Source of the DNA: Asterionella formosa | Lineage: Eukaryota | Assembly: GCA_002256025.1 (NCBI GenBank) | Contig: NKIB01013024.1 | Span: 1-64,000, forward strand | Direction: 5' to 3' | DNA length: 64,000 nt | Shown: piece after piece, positions 60,226 through 64,000 of the stretch | How positions within the stretch are numbered: position 1 is the first letter of the stretch | Layout of the letters: every line of letters starts with the position of its first letter | Notes under the pieces: generated by a model | The model's database searches: none | Told to the model about the DNA's origin: nothing | Seen by the model: only the letters and a program-made list of their open reading frames with translations | Position numbers and translations under genes: made by a program

Positions 60226-60339
60226 CACATGATGATGTTTTGGCACTACCAGTAAGTGTTCTGATTCCGATATAATGGAGACACATGATGATGTTTTGGC
60301 ACTACCAGTAAGTGGTTCTGATTCCAATATAATGGAGAC
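60226..60339. repeat. 56/57-bp tandem duplication
   Basis: CACATGATGATGTTTTGGCACTACCAGTAAGTG... occurs twice. Confidence 0.95.
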
Positions 60340-60454
60340 TGTAGTAGAGAAGGCCGATTTTGTCGAATTTTTGGACAATGATAGCTCAACGTTGGCTGCG
60401 TCTGAATGCGATTTAGATAAATAGGTAACCTTCAAATAGCATCAGCATACTGGG

Positions 60455-60700
60455 CCGGTATAACTTCTGGCGAGAAACTGCAGAAAGGAACTTCGGTTTT
60501 TTACAATGATGCCAAATAAAGTGATTTCCCCCGAAATTTCTAGTCTTAACAGCATGGTGAAAAAAATGAAGTTCCTTTCTTCAGTTTCTCGCCAGATCCT
60601 GTATCCTGACGATATTTAGTGTTGACCAATTTACACCTGCTACTTTTGATCAATGACTGTGTCTAAGCATACGGAAAGGGTTTGTAGTGGTGAAAGCTCC
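60455..60700. repeat. Second copy of the internal-IR repeat (see 15420)
   Basis: 29-bp inverted repeat at 60466-60494 and 60568-60596 with one mismatch. Confidence 0.75.
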
Positions 60701-61382
60701 GTTTAGCGATATACATTTATGTTTTACTCTTAAGAAGTGTTGGTTTGAGTACTCTGACTCAATATTATCTTTTGAACCCTACCTCTAAACTAGGGTTGAA
60801 ATGCAGGAACCTTAACTCGGAGCACAATACATTACGACGTGGCTCCCGGTCGTTTGCAGTTTGTTTACATAGACAGCACAGGAGTGACGTCATGGAAGCG
60901 TTGAGTACATTACTATGTTGATGCGTTGAGTCAGCTCGACAACCCCAGCGGACAACCCCAGCGTCGAAAATGACAAGAAATTCAAGCGTTGAGAACCCTT
61001 TTTAGCATACAAATAAACAATAGACGAAGTTGTTTGAGCTCTGAACCACATAGTAGGGAAGTCTGATGGCATGAATGGTTATCATACCGGTAGTCGTGAC
61101 TAAGTAGGAGTCTCCCACAGATATGCGTTTCACCATTGAAATACATCCTGCCACTTGGTCGGCATCCTCACGGAGCCTGTCCGATTTGGGATTTCTAATT
61201 CTTTTTGTTTGACATTTCAATAGGTCGGCGGCTACTACGACGAATGATCACACTTTGATCCTTTCAGCGTAAGGCGTGTCGCCTGCCAAACTTTTTCTTA
61301 CACATGAATATATTCCTTATAGTCAGCATGACATATGAGCATTCACCACAATTTGGAACAATTGAGGAGCGTAAAATAGCAA

Positions 61383-63836
61383 ATGGGGTACAGCCAACCT
61401 AAGATGTTTCGTCGTCCCTCTTCGTCGTCGTCTTACGAATGGTCACGTCGGAATGCCACGAAAGGGACAATAGTAGGTCGAGGAGCGGCGCAGCCACTTC
61501 TGAATAACGAGGAATCGTCCTCTTCGCCAGACGAAATGACTATTCCCGAGAATCGAGCACCAACGGGATATGACGAAAGGTCGAACTCAAGAGGAGGCAA
61601 GCTGTTCGATACAAGCACAAGAGATAAGCCCAAGCCTTACTGTCCTGAATCGGAAACAACTGCCGAAAACAGTTCGCGCCCACGAATCTTTCAACGCAAG
61701 TCAAATTCGCACTGGTCAACTGCAACTGCACCTAGCACCAGGACTATTGGATGGCGCCGATCGAATACCGGGGGAAAAGTTCAGGTATCACCTATGCCGG
61801 GCTCCCTCACCGACATTTCATTGACTGGTGTGACAGGGACCCTGCGGCAGATGGAGAAGGACCTTAGTCGAGCGCGCAAGATGGGGGAGTCAGTGTCAAG
61901 AGAGGCTATCATGGTGTCCTTGCTCGGTGTGGTGAACAATCTAAATTCTGAATTGGATGACAAGATATGGGTGCCTAGGGATGCTTCAACATTGTCCACT
62001 TATGTTGAGACAGAGGTCGGTACGACGAAAATCACAGTTATTAGTTATCTAAAGTCAGATGACTTGAACTTGCACGAAGAAGGTAGATCGCTATCATTTA
62101 CAAACGTGGATACAGACTATAATTATGAAAGTGACTCGCAATTGTCAGACATTAGCGTTTCAACGAACGGCGAGGACGTCCAGGCCGTCCAGGCCGCAAC
62201 AAGCAAAGATTGTTCGCTTCCAGGAGACACTTTTATCTTCAATAAAATGGTGCAAGCTTGCCTTTGCATGAATCCATCATATCGTCCCAATGCAAGAGGC
62301 AAAATGCCAAGTCCGAACGTCACGACAAGGAAACCATTGCTTCTTCCACCATCGAGTTCCAAAACGACTCTATTCGAAGATGAAAAGACGCGAGCAACAT
62401 CGCAGCCAACAGCGAGGAATATGCCACTACGAATTAATCGCATTCTAGGCTTGCCTTCCCCAAGTCGAACTTCCAAGAAATTGAACAGCCCTTCCAAAAT
62501 GCCAAAATTCTTCAAAAAGTCGATTAAGGACCCCGCTCCAGTTGCCGAAAACGAGGAAACGGGTTGCTTTGCATTAGATAGCGACGAATCAATTCAATTT
62601 CAAGAGGCACTTGCAGATATTTTATTTGCTGATTTAGTCCCAGCGTCTGTGGGGAGTACGGTTGCCCTTGAGCATTCGGCAATTGATGATTCCTTGATGC
62701 TCTGCTTTGCCCCTTTCGATGCTGCCTCGAAGGAACCATCCAATAGCAATGATGATCCATCTGCTCCTAATAAGTTGAATAAGTTGAGAAGTAAAACCAT
62801 GGAATGGGACGAAGATCAGAAGCAATGCAATGGTTCCGACAGCTCGCAACTTGATCAAAAATTCAAACCCAATAACAGAGCTTTTCGAAGCTTTGGGTCC
62901 TTTGGGTCCTTTCGAAGAAGAAAGGAAGTTCCGTCACCCCAAAGTATCCCACCAGAAAAGGTATTGAATGATACGGAGTCTACCGATCAAGATCCCGTTC
63001 CAGTCGTGACGACGAAATACATGCCGCCAAACGACGATGCTTGGAATTCCCTGTTTAATGACCTAGTTTTTGCCTTCATTTGCATGGCTCCCGCATTTCC
63101 TCCTACAAAGGCCAAGACTTTTCAACCGAAGAAAAGACGTGCTCGCCAATCCAGGATATCCAAATTTCTCGCCTTACCACGAATGCGCGGTTCAAAAAAG
63201 AGTGCACCATCGTCAAAGCCTCCCGCTAAGAATAGGGGCTTGCTGAACAAACGAAGCGGTTTCACCAACTCATCTCAAAAGTGCAATCCAAATCAGTCGC
63301 CGAATCCGAGTAAGTCGCAAGCGTCAGTGGTTCCTCCTTCTAAGCAGGCAGCTGATCCTATCAATGCGACAATGGAAAAGTCAGCACCAGTTGCAACAAA
63401 TTGGTTTGCATTAGATGACATGGAATCTAACCAATTGCTAGAGGTAGTTGACGATATCTTCTTGATTGACGTATTTTTGCCGGCTTCGGAGAAGGTAGAC
63501 GGGATGGAAAATGATACTTTCGGCTTGCTTCCTTTCACAGCTTTTGACAACTATCATACAAGTGCAAAAGAGACGACGACGGAGCCTTCAAGGAATCCAG
63601 GGGACGGTCTCATCATGCACAACTTAGAGAGCAGTGCATACGATATGCGGAAGGACGAAGGAAGCCCCACATGCGATGGCTCTGAACTATCACCACCACC
63701 AACTCACAAGTCACTTTCCAAGGGCAGCTCAGCTGACAAAGCGAGTAAAAAGAGGCTCGAGCCTCGTAACCGAGCCTTTCTAGCGCTTAAGTCATTTGGA
63801 AGGAAGCAGAGGGAGGAGGAGCTGGAAAGTGTCTAG
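61383..63836 (+). CDS. Hypothetical disordered protein, family member 4 (817 aa)
   Basis: Uninterrupted ORF; shares TLxQMxxxLxRAxxxGxxVSRE, WNSLFNDLVFAF, LRSKTxxW and PRNRAFLALKSF with members 2 and 3. Confidence 0.9.
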   Translation: MGYSQPKMFRRPSSSSSYEWSRRNATKGTIVGRGAAQPLLNNEESSSSPDEMTIPENRAPTGYDERSNSRGGKLFDTSTRDKPKPYCPESETTAENSSRPRIFQRKSNSHWSTATAPSTRTIGWRRSNTGGKVQVSPMPGSLTDISLTGVTGTLRQMEKDLSRARKMGESVSREAIMVSLLGVVNNLNSELDDKIWVPRDASTLSTYVETEVGTTKITVISYLKSDDLNLHEEGRSLSFTNVDTDYNYESDSQLSDISVSTNGEDVQAVQAATSKDCSLPGDTFIFNKMVQACLCMNPSYRPNARGKMPSPNVTTRKPLLLPPSSSKTTLFEDEKTRATSQPTARNMPLRINRILGLPSPSRTSKKLNSPSKMPKFFKKSIKDPAPVAENEETGCFALDSDESIQFQEALADILFADLVPASVGSTVALEHSAIDDSLMLCFAPFDAASKEPSNSNDDPSAPNKLNKLRSKTMEWDEDQKQCNGSDSSQLDQKFKPNNRAFRSFGSFGSFRRRKEVPSPQSIPPEKVLNDTESTDQDPVPVVTTKYMPPNDDAWNSLFNDLVFAFICMAPAFPPTKAKTFQPKKRRARQSRISKFLALPRMRGSKKSAPSSKPPAKNRGLLNKRSGFTNSSQKCNPNQSPNPSKSQASVVPPSKQAADPINATMEKSAPVATNWFALDDMESNQLLEVVDDIFLIDVFLPASEKVDGMENDTFGLLPFTAFDNYHTSAKETTTEPSRNPGDGLIMHNLESSAYDMRKDEGSPTCDGSELSPPPTHKSLSKGSSADKASKKRLEPRNRAFLALKSFGRKQREEELESV

Positions 63837-64000
63837 GGACCAGAAACAGGAGTGAGTCTTTGAATCACTCAGCAAACCGACGTGGCTGCAGTGGGACTGT
63901 GGAAGTGAGCGAGTTCTGCAAAGGTGTCATGCTCTACTACCGATTGTTTGGCCATCGAAAGAGAGCATACAGAATCACATTCTACAATGTAGGTGCTTGA

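Overview
AT-rich eukaryotic nuclear DNA, most likely from a diatom. The evidence is short GT-AG introns with CTRAC branch points, TTAGGG telomeric repeats, and transposon proteins resembling diatom CoDi/copia, DIRS-like, Harbinger and Plavaka-like families; taxon and family assignments come from recognition, not database searches. Most of the window is nested, decayed transposons: three PIF/Harbinger relics, a DD39D mariner with both TIRs, DIRS-like tyrosine-recombinase fragments, copia fragments, and a Plavaka-like family with an intron-rich cargo gene. About six genes look intact: a signal peptide/Pro-Thr stalk/LRR gene, a membrane-anchored fasciclin gene, and four members of an unrecognised disordered-protein family with shared short motifs, two of which form a ~3.7 kb inverted duplication. 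Highlights are that four-gene family, two tRNA-derived SINE families with target-site duplications, an interstitial (TTAGGG)7 tract that looks like de novo telomere healing, a DIRS recombinase split into oppositely oriented halves, and a 72-bp-stem hairpin upstream of one paralogue. No rRNA, intact tRNA or CRISPR array is supported.
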